64,000 bases of DNA from Gnetum montanum (taxonomy: Eukaryota > Plantae > Gnetophyta): contig MNCI01000651.1 in the NCBI GenBank assembly GCA_015680685.1, positions 1,350,603 through 1,414,602 of the forward strand, written 5' to 3'. Under the pieces are notes generated by a model. That model saw only the letters and a list, made by a program, of their open reading frames with translations, had not been told where the DNA came from and made no database searches. Position numbers and translations under genes: made by a program. Below are positions 47,601 to 61,929 of the stretch, piece by piece (the stretch's first letter is position 1; every line of letters starts with the position of its first letter).

Positions 47601-47939
47601 TTCTTTTGTCCTTGGGCCCTTGCATATTTCCTTTTGTTTGTGTATGATGTGTTTGTGTGAGTATGCTTGGTTTGGACAATAAAAAATGAAAGGTCACAAC
47701 TGGTCACACCAATTAGTCGTGACCCTCATTTTCATTTATATAAGAACTGTGCCCCTCCTTCCCTATCCCATGTTTCCCTAATGATGAGGATCTCATCGTC
47801 GAAGGTTGTGGTTCCATTGCTTTAATTTTTGCGACGTAAATATTGACAAATCAGTTTTCTTGTGCATGCTATTGCAAAAGTTGATATGCATATTTCATTA
47901 ATAGGATAATGTTAATGGCTATGTAGGAAAAAATGAATG

Positions 47940-48030
47940 CAGTGTGTGTAGAGAGAGAAAAAATGAATGCAGTATGTGTGTGTGTGTGTGGAGGGAGAGA
48001 GAGAGAGAGTGTGTGTGTGTGTGTGTTTGT
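47940..48030. repeat. Compound (GT)n/(GA)n microsatellite
   Basis: Visible GT and GA runs separated by repeats of GAATGCAGT. Confidence 0.9.
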
Positions 48031-49194
48031 TTTTGAATGCAGTATATTGATAATGTGCTTTAAAATGTTTTATGAGGGCACATGATACGGTGTGTGAATG
48101 TGTTTTTATGAATCGATGCATATGAAATGAAATCAGAAATCCTTGTGCACCGAGCCTAAATGAAATGTTTGCATTTGCAAATTTTCCAATGTGTAGATTA
48201 TTGAAGCAGTTATGGATAGATCTGAATTCTTGATTTGTAGATGAATTATCATGGCAAAATCCTGAGATTTTGCATCTTGAAAAGGTACTTAAAACTTTGA
48301 TTTGCACTTGTCTTTTGTAGCACTTCTAATGGTCGAGAAATTAGAATGCAATTCAGAAATATCTGTGGCAAGAAAAGAACCAAGGATTTTAGTTTTAAAA
48401 AAACAAGACGAGATTGTTTATCACAATTATAATTTGAAACTGAGATTTAGAGTTCTTATGCTATTAAAAAATCATCTGCTAGCTTACATGTATTATAGAG
48501 ATGGCGGTAGATGATTCATAGTGGTAGCGATTACAGAATATCTTTCTAAACAATCTTAGCCTGATTTTTCCTATGATTGCAGGTCTTCAGCTCTGAACCC
48601 GACAGATTTTTCTCTTCTCATTAACCCTCAACAACTTGGATGACACCACTCTACGTGTTCTGCTCTTTGCCTTGCATCATGACTATATAGCAAATCTTTA
48701 CAATGGGTCACAGTCAACCGGCAAAGCCACCACAGGATCACAACTTGATTGCAAATGGGCTGTAACTTGTTCACGACCTGCAATGAGGACAGTGATATCT
48801 GTTGTTTGCCTCTATTACTGTCTGACAATCAGGCAGGTTGCGATGGACCCCCAATGAAGAAAAACCTTTAAAAAAACATTCAAAACTTTCCAGGTTCAAG
48901 GAGCATTGAATTCTTGATGATTGCAAAATATTGCAGGACTTTCATTCTAATTTCAATGAACCAGGCAACGTATATGTTCCCCAAACCCCCATAGGCAGGG
49001 CCATCATGAAGCCCATCAGCTTCTTAAGGATCTCAAGCATAATGAAGACCCACATAGAAAGAGAGCATTTCATCACATAACGGAGGAAGATAAAACAAAA
49101 ACTACAGAACTTTAGCTCACTTGCTGAATTGAACCAACCAATTTCAAAAAAGCAATAAAATATCCCACATGGCAAGTTGCAAATGAATGTGCAA

Positions 49195-50070
49195 GGAGTA
49201 TGAAACATTGAAGGAAAAATGGCACATGGAAATTACTTGCCTTTCCATTTGACAAGAAAGTGCTAAGAAACAAATGGGTCTTCCAAGAACAATTACACTT
49301 GGATGAAACACTTCACAAGCAGAAACCGAGGTTAGTTGTCAAAGGATTTGTGCAAAAGCATGGCATTAACTACAAAGAAGTTTTTACACTAATAGCTAAA
49401 TGGCATAGAATTCAAACTATTGTTGCATTGGCTCCATAAAAAGGATGGAAGAAACATAAACTTGAAGTAAAGATTGCATTCCTTAAGAGAGATCTAAAGA
49501 AGGAGATCTACATGTCTCAGCCAAAAGGATTTGAAAGTAAAGGACAAGAGTAAAAGGTGTGCAAACTGAAGAAGTTATTATATGGCCTAAAGTAGTTGCC
49601 TCGTGCTTGGCATTCTAAGTTGAAAGAGAGCTTAGTAAGTGTGGGCTTTCAAGTGTGTGACTACTAGGATGTGGATGCAACATTGTTCATCAAACACTCA
49701 AATGGTAGAGTCATATCTCTTTGTATAAGTAGATGACATCCTGATCACAGGCAACGGTGAAACAAGCATTAGAGAGATGAAGAGGAACTTGCCAAAGAAT
49801 TTGAGATCACTAATCTAGGGTTGATAAGACATTACCTGGATATTTAAGTACTTTAGGAGAAGAACAAAATCATACTCAAGTAGGCAAATTACGTTAATGA
49901 TCATTTGAAGAAATTTAAAATAAATGAAGCTGAAACAATCTAACTCCAATGAAACAAAATCTAAGACTAAAAGGTGACAAGGACTCTCTAGATGCAGATG
50001 AAACACTATACCAAAAGATTGTTAGAAGCTTGATATTACAACTTAAAATGACTAATAACGTTATGCTGTC
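49195..50070 (+). mobile_element. Ty1/copia reverse-transcriptase remnant
   Basis: KNGTWKL...NKWVF...RLVVKGFVQKHGINYKEVF...VKIAFL..DLKKEIYMSQPKGF...VCKLKKLLYGLK*LPRAW, then VDDILITG. Confidence 0.9.
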
Positions 50071-50103
50071 TATGAGTGATGTTCCTGTGTATCTATACAT
50101 TCT

Positions 50104-53100
50104 ATTTTTTATTTTATTTTTTATTTTTTTTTTTGAGAATGTTCGGGTTGTCTATTAATAAGAAAGATACTAATAAAGCACTATATACATCATCCCTAGC
50201 AAACCAAAGCCCAGGAACAGCTGATAAAACACCCCCTCCCAACACCCAAAATCGGGGGTGAAAAAAATCCTCGACCACCAGAAAACATAAGAAGATGAAA
50301 CAAAGTAGCATAACACAGTAGGGCCCTCCATCAAAAACAAGAGAGCTAACCTCTTCACCACCCCCAAATCCTAACTGCAAAACCACATAACAACAAAGCC
50401 AAAAAAATATCACCCAACACCCTATAAACAAGTCGGAAGATGGGTACAGGCAAAGAAGTCCCTCTCCTGAGCATGGATAGCATCTGGGACTGCCCTATGC
50501 CTCTCAAAGTCCACAAACACCACCGCCTCCTAAAAGTTCTTGAATGTCTGATCCTTCCTCACACACTCTATGATTCCTTCTCCATCCGGGTGCACATCCC
50601 ATCCTCTATGCCTGATGTGTCTACAAAGTGCATGCCAAGAGGTATTGTGCCCTATGTCCATAATGACATACGGGCACCGTCCCCACAACAGCCATGATCT
50701 AACACTCTGTTCATGAGCCCAATCTAACTAATGTTGGATCAAGGTAGCCTTCTCCTCCCTTGCCCTCCTCTCCTGCTCTTCCTTCTCCCTCAACTCTTGG
50801 ATTCACGCCTTCTCTTGGAGCTATGCCCTCAAGCTCTCCCGCAACTCCACCTCAAGAGCCTCCTTGGCCACCACCTTAGCCAAATCTCCCCGCTGCCGCT
50901 CTTCCCACGCCTCTTCCCTATATCGGTGCTCGGCCTCCTCCAACTAGAACTAGAACTCTTCCTCACGTGCAACCCATCGATTCTGCCAAACAGTCTGCTC
51001 CTCCTCCCATGCACAATGAGTCGTTGCCACTCTTCCCACTCCGCTTCCCTATATTGGTGCTCAACCTCCTCCAACTAGCACTAGAATTCTTCCTCACGTG
51101 CAACCCATCGGTTCTACCAAACAACCTAGTCCTCCTCCCATGCATAGTGAGCCGCCACCTCCGCAACCTCAGCCAAGAGTTGTCCATGCATATTGAAGAA
51201 AGATCCTTAGCACACCTCAACAGCAACCCCCCCCCCCCCCCCCCTTTCAAACAAAACCTCCCCACCCCTCGCAAGCTCCCTTTGCTACTCCCTCCCAATC
51301 TCCCCTAGCTGGACACCCCCTCTTCATCCAGCACATCCAAATCTGCCTCCGAGCCAGCCCCAATTTCATCCTCCTCCAAATCACTCATCAAATTGACCAC
51401 AACTGGCAACTCATAGCATGACCATCTGCGTCCATAAACCATCCAAACGAGGATCCCAGCAGTTGAGGGAGGAGCCCTTGACCTCAACACCCTCCACAAA
51501 GCTAGAATCAATCTCGAGTGCCAACCTCGATGCTGTCTCCGTAGTGTATCCAAGAAAAAGTGGGGTAGATTGACCATGCAGCCAAGCCGCAAGCAACACA
51601 TAAAAGTAAAGTGCAACCCCTGCAACTTCGAGATGTTGTCGGACTACACAAAAAAGCACTTTGTCAACTCCACCATGTCCTACCAAAGTTCAGAGAGCAC
51701 CAACTTCAACACCTAGCCACTCCCGGTCTTAGAAACCGGCCCTAGAAAAAAACAGTCGCATCCTATAACCCACGCCCCCTTAGGGAAATCACCTTACCCC
51801 CAGCCAACACCCCCAACAGGCCTATGATAGAATCCTCCATGAGCATGATCTGTACCCCCCGAAACAACATGACATCCCCCATCCAATTTGCAAAGAAGGC
51901 CTCATATGCCAAGTCTGACTCTCCCTAAAGAAGAGGAAGCAAGTCAGCCCATCCCACGTGACTCACCATTCACCATTCACCATTCCCCAAAGCATCGAGT
52001 TGGCCCAGTACCCATCACAAGCAGATTCAAACTTAAGGGTCACCCCCCATGGCAACATGCACCTCAGCCCACAACTAAATGCCCTAAACAACTATCTACG
52101 CCAACGGCAACAATGGTTGTCCCCGGAACATACAACAATTCCATGTTTTCCATAGCACCCACAGAGTTGCCACTGCCTTCGAATCTCCGTTAAATTTCAA
52201 ATCTTGACAAAGATTCACTGCCCAAATAACCTGGCACGTAAACCCACAATTGTATATAAAATGTTGAACCAACTCAACAACGGCCATGCAAAGAGGACAC
52301 ATGGCTACCACATTTACCCACCACCACACAAGCACAACTTTCACCAAAAAAGCTGAATGATGAATCAACCAAATAAAAGCTTTTATTTTTTTGGGAAGTT
52401 TCCCCTTCCACAACCCCCGCCAATCGCACACCTCTAGGTATTTGTGCCTAATTAGCTGCTACGGGGAGGTGCCCAACAACCCCAATTGCATCATGATTCT
52501 AGCATGCCTACACATTGCCTTCCAAACATGAGAGTCATTCAACCCATCCTCCCACCGCTGGTACTTACCTTCTACCATACTTAGCCATTGCACTTGATGA
52601 GGACCTGGCTTAATCAGTTTATTTACCAAGTTATGATACCCCATGTCAATTATGTCCTGGAACTTGGGAACTCCCAAGCCTCCAGTGTTCTTCGAACAGG
52701 CGACAACATCCCACCTTACCAAATGCAACCTATTCCCCCCTTTTCCCCTAGACCAAGTGAAATTATATATAATCTAATCAATTTGCTCAATAATACCATT
52801 CGGAGGAAAAGCAACATAGGCCACATACCTAGCCATGGCAAATAACACTGTTGTAGCAAGCAAAGCCCTCCCACATAGGTAAGAAACCATCACGTCCAAT
52901 GATTAACATGTTTCTGTAGCCATTGTAGAAGGCCACACCAAGCCTGTCGCCTATGCCAATCGTACATCAGAAGACCCAAGTACGAATCCTCCTACGATCC
53001 AGGTAAAACCCCCAACTATTGTATGATCAACCCCTTAACCCTAACATTGGTGTTCAACAAGTGAATTGCAGACTTGCCTCTGTTAATTTCCAACCCAATC

Positions 53101-56100
53101 CCCTCTGTCACATGCTTCAACGCCTAATTAACCGCCATCACCTAGGGGACCATAGCCCAAAAGAAAAGAATTGTGTCATCTGCATAGTGTTCAACTAGGC
53201 ACCTAACACCCGCAATATCCAACCACCTTACCCCCTCCATTTCACAGTATGCTTGCATAGTATCCATGACCAAAATGAAAAGGTAAGGCAACAGGGGGTC
53301 TCCCTGTCTTAACCCCCCACCCGAAGAAGAGAACCCCCACAGCTTTGCATCAAGATCTATAGAAAAAGCCCCCGATGATTGAATATATATGCATAGCTTT
53401 ACAAAATCTTGGTGGAAGCCTTTCCTTAACATGATTGCCTGCAACGCCTCCCAAGACATGGTATCATAGGCTTTAGAAATATACAATTTAAGGCACATAC
53501 CCAGATACCTGGATAGCCTCAAAGAATGCATAACATCCTACACCAACAGAACACGGTCTTGAATGTACCTTCCCTGTATAAAACCCGCCTAGTTGGGTCC
53601 TACCAGCCGTGGCATAAGAGGCCCCAACCTTGCCACCAGCATCTTTGGGAAAAAACAGAGAAGAGTGTTACAAACCTCAATCAGCTAGAAATGCGAAGGA
53701 TCCGTTGAGCTAGTAGACTTTGGTATAAGCACAATTTAAGAGCAATTAATTTCCTTGCGCACTTTTTGCCACATCAACATAGCATTGAACGCGTCCAAGA
53801 TATTCTCCCCAAGAATGTCAATGAAAGCTCTAAAAAATTCCATCGGCCACCCATCCAACCCTAGCACCCTACTTGGCTTTATCGAACACAGAGCCTCTTC
53901 CAACTCCAACTTGGTGAATGGGGCTAAAAGACAATGGTTGTCCTCCTCATGTAGGACAAGATCAATAGAAATCAACAATGGACTCACCAACTTCCTTTTC
54001 TAGATATTGGACTAGAAGTCCATCAAAACCTGAGCAACCTGCTAACTTCCAATGATTTCCTATCCTTGAAGGGTGAGGTTGTGGAACTTCTTGGATAGAT
54101 TCGCTGATGTGGCAGCTGCAAAGAAAAAACATGTGTTCCAATCCCCATCTTTCAACCACCATGCCTAACCCCATTGTCTCTAGTAAGTCTCAACCTCCCT
54201 AGCCACAGCTTGAAGGTGAGCTAAAACCTCACATTCCACCTCGTTCAAATCCTTACCAAATTCCTACTTCACTTGTATCTCCGCTAGCCATTGCATGAGC
54301 CTCCCCCAAACAAATCTAAACAAGTACTTATCCTCAACACTGAGCCCACTCAAGGCTTGCTTGAGCTGACCCAATCCCTACTTCCGTGAATATGACCCCC
54401 AAATACTCTCCACCAAAGGCTATAGCCAAGGTTTATGGATCCAATAGCATTTGAAATGAAAAGGATCACCTTTCCCCAAAGATACATCCCCCACACAACA
54501 CAAAATTGATCAATGGTTAGACATCATGCATTCTTGTCCTATAGCCACCACCCCCCTCATCATGAGGACATGGAAGCTTACCCAAACACAATCAATCTTA
54601 GTCATGATCCACTCACTCCCCTTCCATCTATTACTCCAAGTGAACTAACATCCACGTATCTCCAGGTCAACAAGATCATGAGCTTCAAGGAATTGCAAGA
54701 ACTCCTAAGTGCTAGGGGGATCCTAAGCTCCACCATCAGACTTCTCCCATCCATATAGCCATTGATTGAAATCCCCTACTATAATCCATCGTCTCTAGTC
54801 CTGAACCAGAGAAGCAATCCTTTGGAGCTCCTACAACCATTCTTCCCAATGTTGAGTACCATAGAAATTCGTGATCTAGATTCCAAAATCCAAGAGCAAC
54901 ACCATAAGCCTCCATGTGGAGCAATCAACAACCTCAAAACGCCCACGTAGAGTAGAGAAAGTCCTCCAGCTTGTCTGCAATAAGCAACAAGCTAAACTTG
55001 CCACCCTAGCCACCTAAGCCAATGGGCCTCTTGCTGCTAAAGTTTGATCTCCTACAAACAAACAACATCACATTTCTCCCTATTTATGATTTCTTTAAGG
55101 GTATTTCATTTATAGGGTGTACCCTATCCCCTACAGTTCCATGAGAGGATCCTCATGTCCAAATCACTGCGCATTTCTTGTAAACCTCCTTGAGGATGGG
55201 ATGAACCCCCAAGTCGACCTCCAACTGTGTCTTTTTGGCTCGGGACATAGTGCCCAATGGACAACCCACCTTGCTCATGTCCAGGGAAACCAGGAGGGGT
55301 CCTTCAGCTGCAACACCCCCCCCCCCCCTTCCAAAAGCAATCTCTTCCAAGGGGGATAAGGAACCCCCTAACCACCGAAACCCAACTACCAAGAGGGGAG
55401 GACTCCCACCCAGACCCTCGACCAGCACTTACTACCAACTACAACCCACCCTTGACGGGCAAACCCAAGGATCCTAACAATCCTGGTGAGCTCGACAACC
55501 TAGGCAAAATCGACGATCTTGGCAACCTTAGCAGACTTCCCCCCAAAACCCCTTGCAAGTTCTGCTACTTAGCCAAGTCACCCTCCTTGGTCTCAACCAC
55601 CATCACCTGCCCAGCAACCCCCTATGTGCTTGGTCCTAGGGCACCTGCCCATACAAGACCCAAACCCTGCACTAGCCCCCTGGGCCCCAAGGTCCCAACC
55701 CCTAAGGGGCCCATGCCCTGACCCAACACCCAAGGAAGCCTTCCCTTCCTGGTCACAACCGTCCAGTCTACACACCCCTACCCCTTCTTTGGGCCTGGTA
55801 CCTTCTGACCAATCCTACAATCTGCAATTTGGTGCCCAACTTTGCCACAGGTCTCACAATGTCGAGTCGAAGTAGGCTTCTTGGCTGCCTAAGTGTTTGT
55901 GGCCACATTTTCATATTCAACTGTTACCCTCTCCTCTCCCGAGGGGAGGTCAATGACAACCTCTTTAACCAATTCCGCTAGCGACAGCAACCTCCACAAA
56001 GAATCCTACAAAACGCATCCTTTCTAAAGAACCAATAACCCGGTCAAAAGAGATAAATTCCCCGAAGAACCCAACTAGGGTTTTGAGAAATTCCGTTGTC

Positions 56101-56834
56101 TAGAACTCCCATGGAATCCCAAAAACCCAGATCCACACAAGAGCCCTTGAAAACAAATTCAAGTCCCGATGAGCTCTTGACTGCCAATGAGTCAAGGCCA
56201 AACCCTATGCCCCAAAGAACCAAGGGCCACCCATCAAGACCCTATCCCTATCCATCACCGACTAAACCTTGTGCCCCAAAGAACCAAGGGCCACCCATCA
56301 AGACCTTAACCCTATCCATCACTGACTGAAAAATAAATAAGAAGAGACCCTCCAAAAGGATACACACCTTCATGGGGCAGAAACCCCAATGCACAATGAC
56401 CCACTTCTTAACTAGGTCTAAACTAGGGGGTGCCCCCACCGAAACAAACTTACCTAAGGCTCAACTCTACCGTCCTCGAGCCCTCACCGGAAAGGCCCTT
56501 CATACAAAGCCATAACGAGCCATCTGCCCACAGACATTCCTCCACACATCCATCTCCAGGGTGCCAAGAGCCCCCCTTCCAAGCATCCTCATCACCACCA
56601 TCGCCAAACCCTGCTTACAGTCCACTACAGCATCCCCACCCCCCCTCGGGGCAACATCTTCCCTTGTCGACCCTTCTGACCCACTGCTTGTGCTACGAGA
56701 TGCCCTACCGCACTACAACCACCATCCGTATTAGCGCCCTCCACCCCATCCGTGCCTATGCCACTAGCACCATCCATCCTACCACTACTCCCTGCATACC
56801 CCACGTTCCCACCCATCTTCCCTCCAAAGTCCTC
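50104..56834 (-). mobile_element. Extended-ORF2 LINE family, near full-length copy 'B'
   Basis: ORF1 (LDLVKKWV...GGPWFFGAQG) about 56800-55150; endonuclease from about 55140 (KCDVVCL*EIK), RT (LRQGDPLLPYLF, EHYADD), zf-RVT (CPLC...QHFIYNC...WVLWKTWN), extension about 52050-50430; 3' end TTAATAGACAACCCGAACATTCTC(A)n matches copy A; possible short TSD ACATTCT (50097-50103, 56835-56841). Confidence 0.95.
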
Positions 56835-57700
56835 ACATTCTGATGTTTTTTGGTTGGCATGTTCCATGTTAATTCTTGATGTCCTTATGTGGGCCATTTT
56901 TTAGTAGTTGTTGAGTGGTTCAATGTAGATTTCATTGTTAATATTTTTAAATGTTAGTGATGTTATTTTTAATTTTTTGAATATGCTCAAGCTATTGCAA
57001 CATGTATTTTTGGGGGAGGATGCTAATAAATAAGTAATTATTTATTTTATTTTATTTCATTAAAAAAATCAGTTTCAAAACGATGTCCAACCCAAACCCT
57101 ACATGTTTTCCCATAAATAACCTACTGCTAAGGCGTTGTTGTGACATTGATCACTAGTAGGATAGTGTACAACAACATGCACCAATGGAGTAGCCATTGA
57201 CCTACTAGGTGCCTACCTTAGTGATCTGGGTGAAAACTCAAGCACCAATGAATTAGAGCCCAAATTGAGGTTGCTCATGGATGGTTATTCATTCAAGAAA
57301 TTGTCGAAGTACTACTATTGCTCTATTGCTAATCAACTTGCTACCTTTTCACTATTTTGTTTGCTTGCAAATCTCCAAAACCCTATAGGTAAAAAGGGGT
57401 TTTCCCTTACTAAGATTTGCATTTCATTTCATTTTGTTTCTTTGACCAAATCTCATTTATCGAGGACGAACCCTGTCCATAAGGAACAATGTGCACTAGT
57501 GATGAATCTAATGGACAGAAACTTGTTAGATGGAAAGTGATCCAATGTTCTTTCTACATGTACTTCATTATGACCCTAAGAATATTTGTTCTTATCCCCT
57601 CAATCCAACTAGTCATTTATATCCATATGACATCTACATAGGCATCACAATTTCGTATACCTTTCTTAACAATCTTTCTATAAATATTGTTGTTTCATTT

Positions 57701-58553
57701 TGATAAGAAGCTGCCTCAGCAGACCCTAAAAGGACCCATTCCACAACCTTTACAAGCAAAAATACCTTTGAAAATAAAAACACAAGGGAATAGAGAAACT
57801 CACCCTTTATTAAACCACTCTCAATACATCGATAATGAGGAGCCAAGCTCAACTCAAACCTTCCAATCATCTTAGAGGCTACACATGTCCCCTCTCAATC
57901 CCTCAATTGCTCACACTTGGAGTCAAAGCTCAAGACAAGGACACTCATAAGAGATTCCCTGAACCTCTCCCAAGTGCCTCACTCTTGCCTCTCACTCAGT
58001 TGAACACAATTGTCCTATTACAAGATCTCCCTCACTTGCACTCTTCTCTTACCTCCCTTCTCTCCTACTCAAACATAGGCCTTTGATGCCTATTTATACT
58101 TTCTTGAGTGACCTTTTGTCTCCCCTTATGCCCAAAAATACAAATTAATGTCCATTGCAATCCGCCAACAAAAACATCTCATCACCAAATAAAACATCTT
58201 TGATGAAAAGGAGATGCCTTTCCTAAGAGTAGAGAGGTGCAGAGAAGACGTCTTTTGACCAAGAGGTCAGCTTGCATAGAAAGCATCCTTCCAACAAGGA
58301 AGACATCTTTCACTAGAACAAGATGGCCTTCAAGCCAAGAAGTTGTTTTTCAAGCCAAGAGGATGTCTTTTATGGTAGTATCCCAAAAAATGAGATCCCT
58401 CTACTAAAGACTCAAACACCTCAAACAAATTTTTTTTGGGTCCAAAAAACCTAACACATCCCAAACATGCTAAAACAACAAAAAAAACACACAACATAGA
58501 ACATAGAAACATTTAAGGATTGACAATTTGGGCTAGGTAATGTCCTTGTAACA
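57701..58553 (-). mobile_element. Solo-LTR-like repeat, same family as 16596-17564
   Basis: Extended similarity to 16620-16930 (ATCTTAGAGGC.ACACATGTCCC.TCTCAATCCC...GGAGTCAAAGCTCAAGACAAG). Boundaries approximate. Confidence 0.7.
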
Positions 58554-58689
58554 TTTTACCTAAAATTCCACCACATCCTTTCTTCATGTTCTTATTATTA
58601 TAGTCCCTTATGGCTAAGCCTATTATATTGAGTTCAAATACGATCTTCATAAATGACTTAAACATCATTAAAGTTATGAACTTTGCTTT

Positions 58690-58990
58690 TTTTAACATAA
58701 AGAATTCTATTTGTCATGTTCATTATGTTGATGTAATTCACCATATGTTCATCCTTAATGTTAAAAAATTTGTTTTCTAGTGAAAGCTTATAAATATTTG
58801 CAAACTCAAAGAATTACATTTCCCATTTCATTTCTTTCTCCAACCCGATGTCTTTAAAGAATACTCCTTCATTTACTCTCACTTATCCAATATGTCAATT
58901 AAAATCTTCTCCAAAAAAAAATGTCTTCTTGATATTGAATATCTTGCAATTGTTCATATAGTGGATCATCAAAAGATCTTAATTTTATCA
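58690..58990 (-). mobile_element. RTE-clade LINE endonuclease remnant
   Basis: RHRVGERNEMGNVIL/EFA...KDEHMVNY...QIEFF resembles the RTE APE pattern GxGxRNxxGxxILxFA...HLVTY...QIDF. Confidence 0.6.
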
Positions 58991-59339
58991 TACTATTAAA
59001 TTTCTAGTGCATTTAAACTTATGATGTTAATTACCACTGTGTAATTTCTATGATGTTAATTACCATTGTGTTATTTTAAAGTAAGAAAAAACTTTAAAAA
59101 TCAATTTAAGTTTTATTGTTAGTTCTTAAATTAGATAATTATGTAACAAAACTTTCATGTAACCTTGGTAGATGCTTAGGGTTCCAAGTAATTTATAGCT
59201 ATGCTCCAATTTTTATAAACTACTTATAATTTATAGCTTGTGCAAAAAATTATTCGTTCTACACATTTACAAAGGACTCATAGCATTGTTTTAAAACATG
59301 ATACATGATACCTCAAACACATATGATACTATAAAGTAG

Positions 59340-60350
59340 AATTATATGGCAGCAGTACTCAAGAAGATGGCCTTTCCAAAGCATTGGATCCACAAATTAG
59401 TAAGGTGTTACCAAAAATCCTGGTTTGCTATTTTACTTAATGGAACTAGGTATGGTGATTGTTCTAACTCCAATAAATTGTGACAAAATGATTCAGTGTT
59501 ACCCTTTTTATTCATCTTGGCTATAGAAGATGTTAGTTCCTATATAAGAAAACTAAACTTTCGAGGGGATATTAAAAGCATACAACCAGCTTTGCATTGT
59601 CCATTTTACACTCACTCACAATTCGTGGATAACACCTTATTCTTACACAAGGATGAAAAATATGTTGAGCAACTTCATCTGGCTATATTGGAGTTTTTGT
59701 CAGCTTTCAGGTTATAGACAAATTTATCCAAGAGTAAGTTTTTCAATTTTGGAATAAAGAAGGAATGCTTCCAAGAGTGAAGTCAGGTACTAGAATGTCA
59801 AATTGAAACTTTGCCTACCATTTATCTAGGTATGTCTATTTTAAAAGGCCACATGATGCAAAATTTATGATCATGTGTTTGTGAAAAGGTGGATAACAAA
59901 TTAGATGGGTGGAAGTCTAAGCTCTTGTCACATGCAGGTTGCCTACACCTTATTACCTTATTAGATCTAGTTTGCAAGCTTTACACTTGTACTATCTTTC
60001 TTATTTTAAGTGTCCAGGAGAAAGTCTACAAGAGATTTAGAAAAAAGAAAGAAAGAAAGGACTTTTATAGGGTCTGATCACTTGAAGAAGTCTCTTCACT
60101 ATTTTGGATGGGATCAAATTTGTTAATTGTGGACAACTAGGAAATACACCGTGCAACATCTTGAGGACATTAATACTATTCTTCTAGACAAGATTGCATG
60201 AAAAATTTGTAAAACAAACAAGTTGTGGGTTTAGGAGATGAAGATGAAATATTTATAGACAGTATAATTTTTTGAATACTCACATTATTACAAATCTATC
60301 CCCAACTTGAAAAGGCTTTCAAGCTATAAAACATTGATTTTTCCAATATG
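59340..60350 (+). mobile_element. Old L1 LINE RT remnant (different, AT-rich family)
   Basis: KKMAFPKHWI...FAILLNG, PFLFILAIE, HSQFVDNTL (FADD equivalent), LPTIYLG, KLDGWKSKLLSHAG. Confidence 0.85.
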
Positions 60351-61929
60351 ACTCTTTCCAAAGTAATGTTTGGAAGTGGAATACAACATCAATCTATCAA
60401 TTACAAAATGTTTCTTAAACATTAAGGGAGCTACAACATGATGTATTTTCCTTTTTTTCAGTAACAAGATTTACACCACTCATCTAAGATTATTTATAGT
60501 AAAAGCTATCATGTAAACACTACCAACCATGGATTATCTTTACAACCAAGGTATTATATAAAATAATAATTGCATTTTTTTTACTCACAAGTACCAAAGA
60601 CACTAAATCATATATCCTATCAATGTCCTTTTGTGATTTCATTATGACAACATTTTCAACCAGCCTCAGGACATGCTCAGCCATAGTCATAAAATATAGT
60701 TGATTTCATTAAGGCATTGCACCAAATAGAACTAAATAAGGATAGGGCTAAAGTTTGAGATGCCTTACCATGGTGTCTTTAGTATACATTATAGGAAGAA
60801 AGAAACACAGTTTTTTCAGCGCATGCAATGTTGCCCAAAATCAATGTGGACAAAAGCCTTAATGTTGTGACAAGACCTAGCATGCTATAGAACAAGTTTT
60901 GGCAAACCAATGGCGAATCTATTTCCTAGACTAATTCTATTTTGTACTATGTTTCATAAGTTGGCATGTCTAACATTATAAATGATATTCATTGTTCTTT
61001 GGAACATGTATCCAAAATTTGTACTATGATTTGTTGTTGTGACCCAGCCACTATAGATCCAGGGTTTGTTTGCTCAAAAAATAAGTTGCAAACTTATTTT
61101 TAAAAAAAATTGCATTATCTCAACTTACACGTTAATAAATCTAAGTAAAAAAGGAGGAACCTTGACTAGTCCACGCCCATCTTTTTACCTGTCTAAGTGG
61201 AGTTTCAATAGGACATAGTTTTGTGGAGCTGATCAAATCACAGACTACCTTTTTAATATTCTAAGACTCCAAATCGCAAATCATCTTAAATCATGTAAAA
61301 CACATGATTATAAACATTAAAAACTAGATATTTTCTAGATTTTAGAATTCTATGACATCTAGGATTGGCAGAATCCTAATTTTGGTAGTACTGTGATTTC
61401 AGCCGACCCAAAACAGCAATGTGTTTAATTGCAATCTGGAGTCAAGACTGATTCTAATCTGCTTCCTAAAACTCTACAATAGGGTATGTAATTCATTTCC
61501 ACTTTATTTCTTTTACCATCTAATTATGATTTGACCTTAAAAGTGATTTCTTTTCTGGATTCAAATAAAAATGACTACTTAAAATGTGATTCCTGCACCT
61601 GGAAAGTTACAAAATATATAAGCACGGAAATATTTTGTAAAGATAACTGAGGGAATTGCTTTAAATTATAAGCTTTGCTAAAATTTTAACTACAGCGATA
61701 ACAACACTAAAGTTAATAACAAGATACCGGAAGGCTTATAAGTTCAAAGTTTCAAGGATGTGCGTAATTTCCATGCGTTGTCCAAAAATTAAAAAATTAC
61801 TAAGCAACTGCGTATTCATGTTGTCGATGTATAGCCAAACAAAACAAACTAAGCAACATTTAGCATCTACAGACCGATAAAACTGCTTAACCCTTTGTTG
61901 AGGTTTCGTTTGAAGATGAAAGATGGCAA

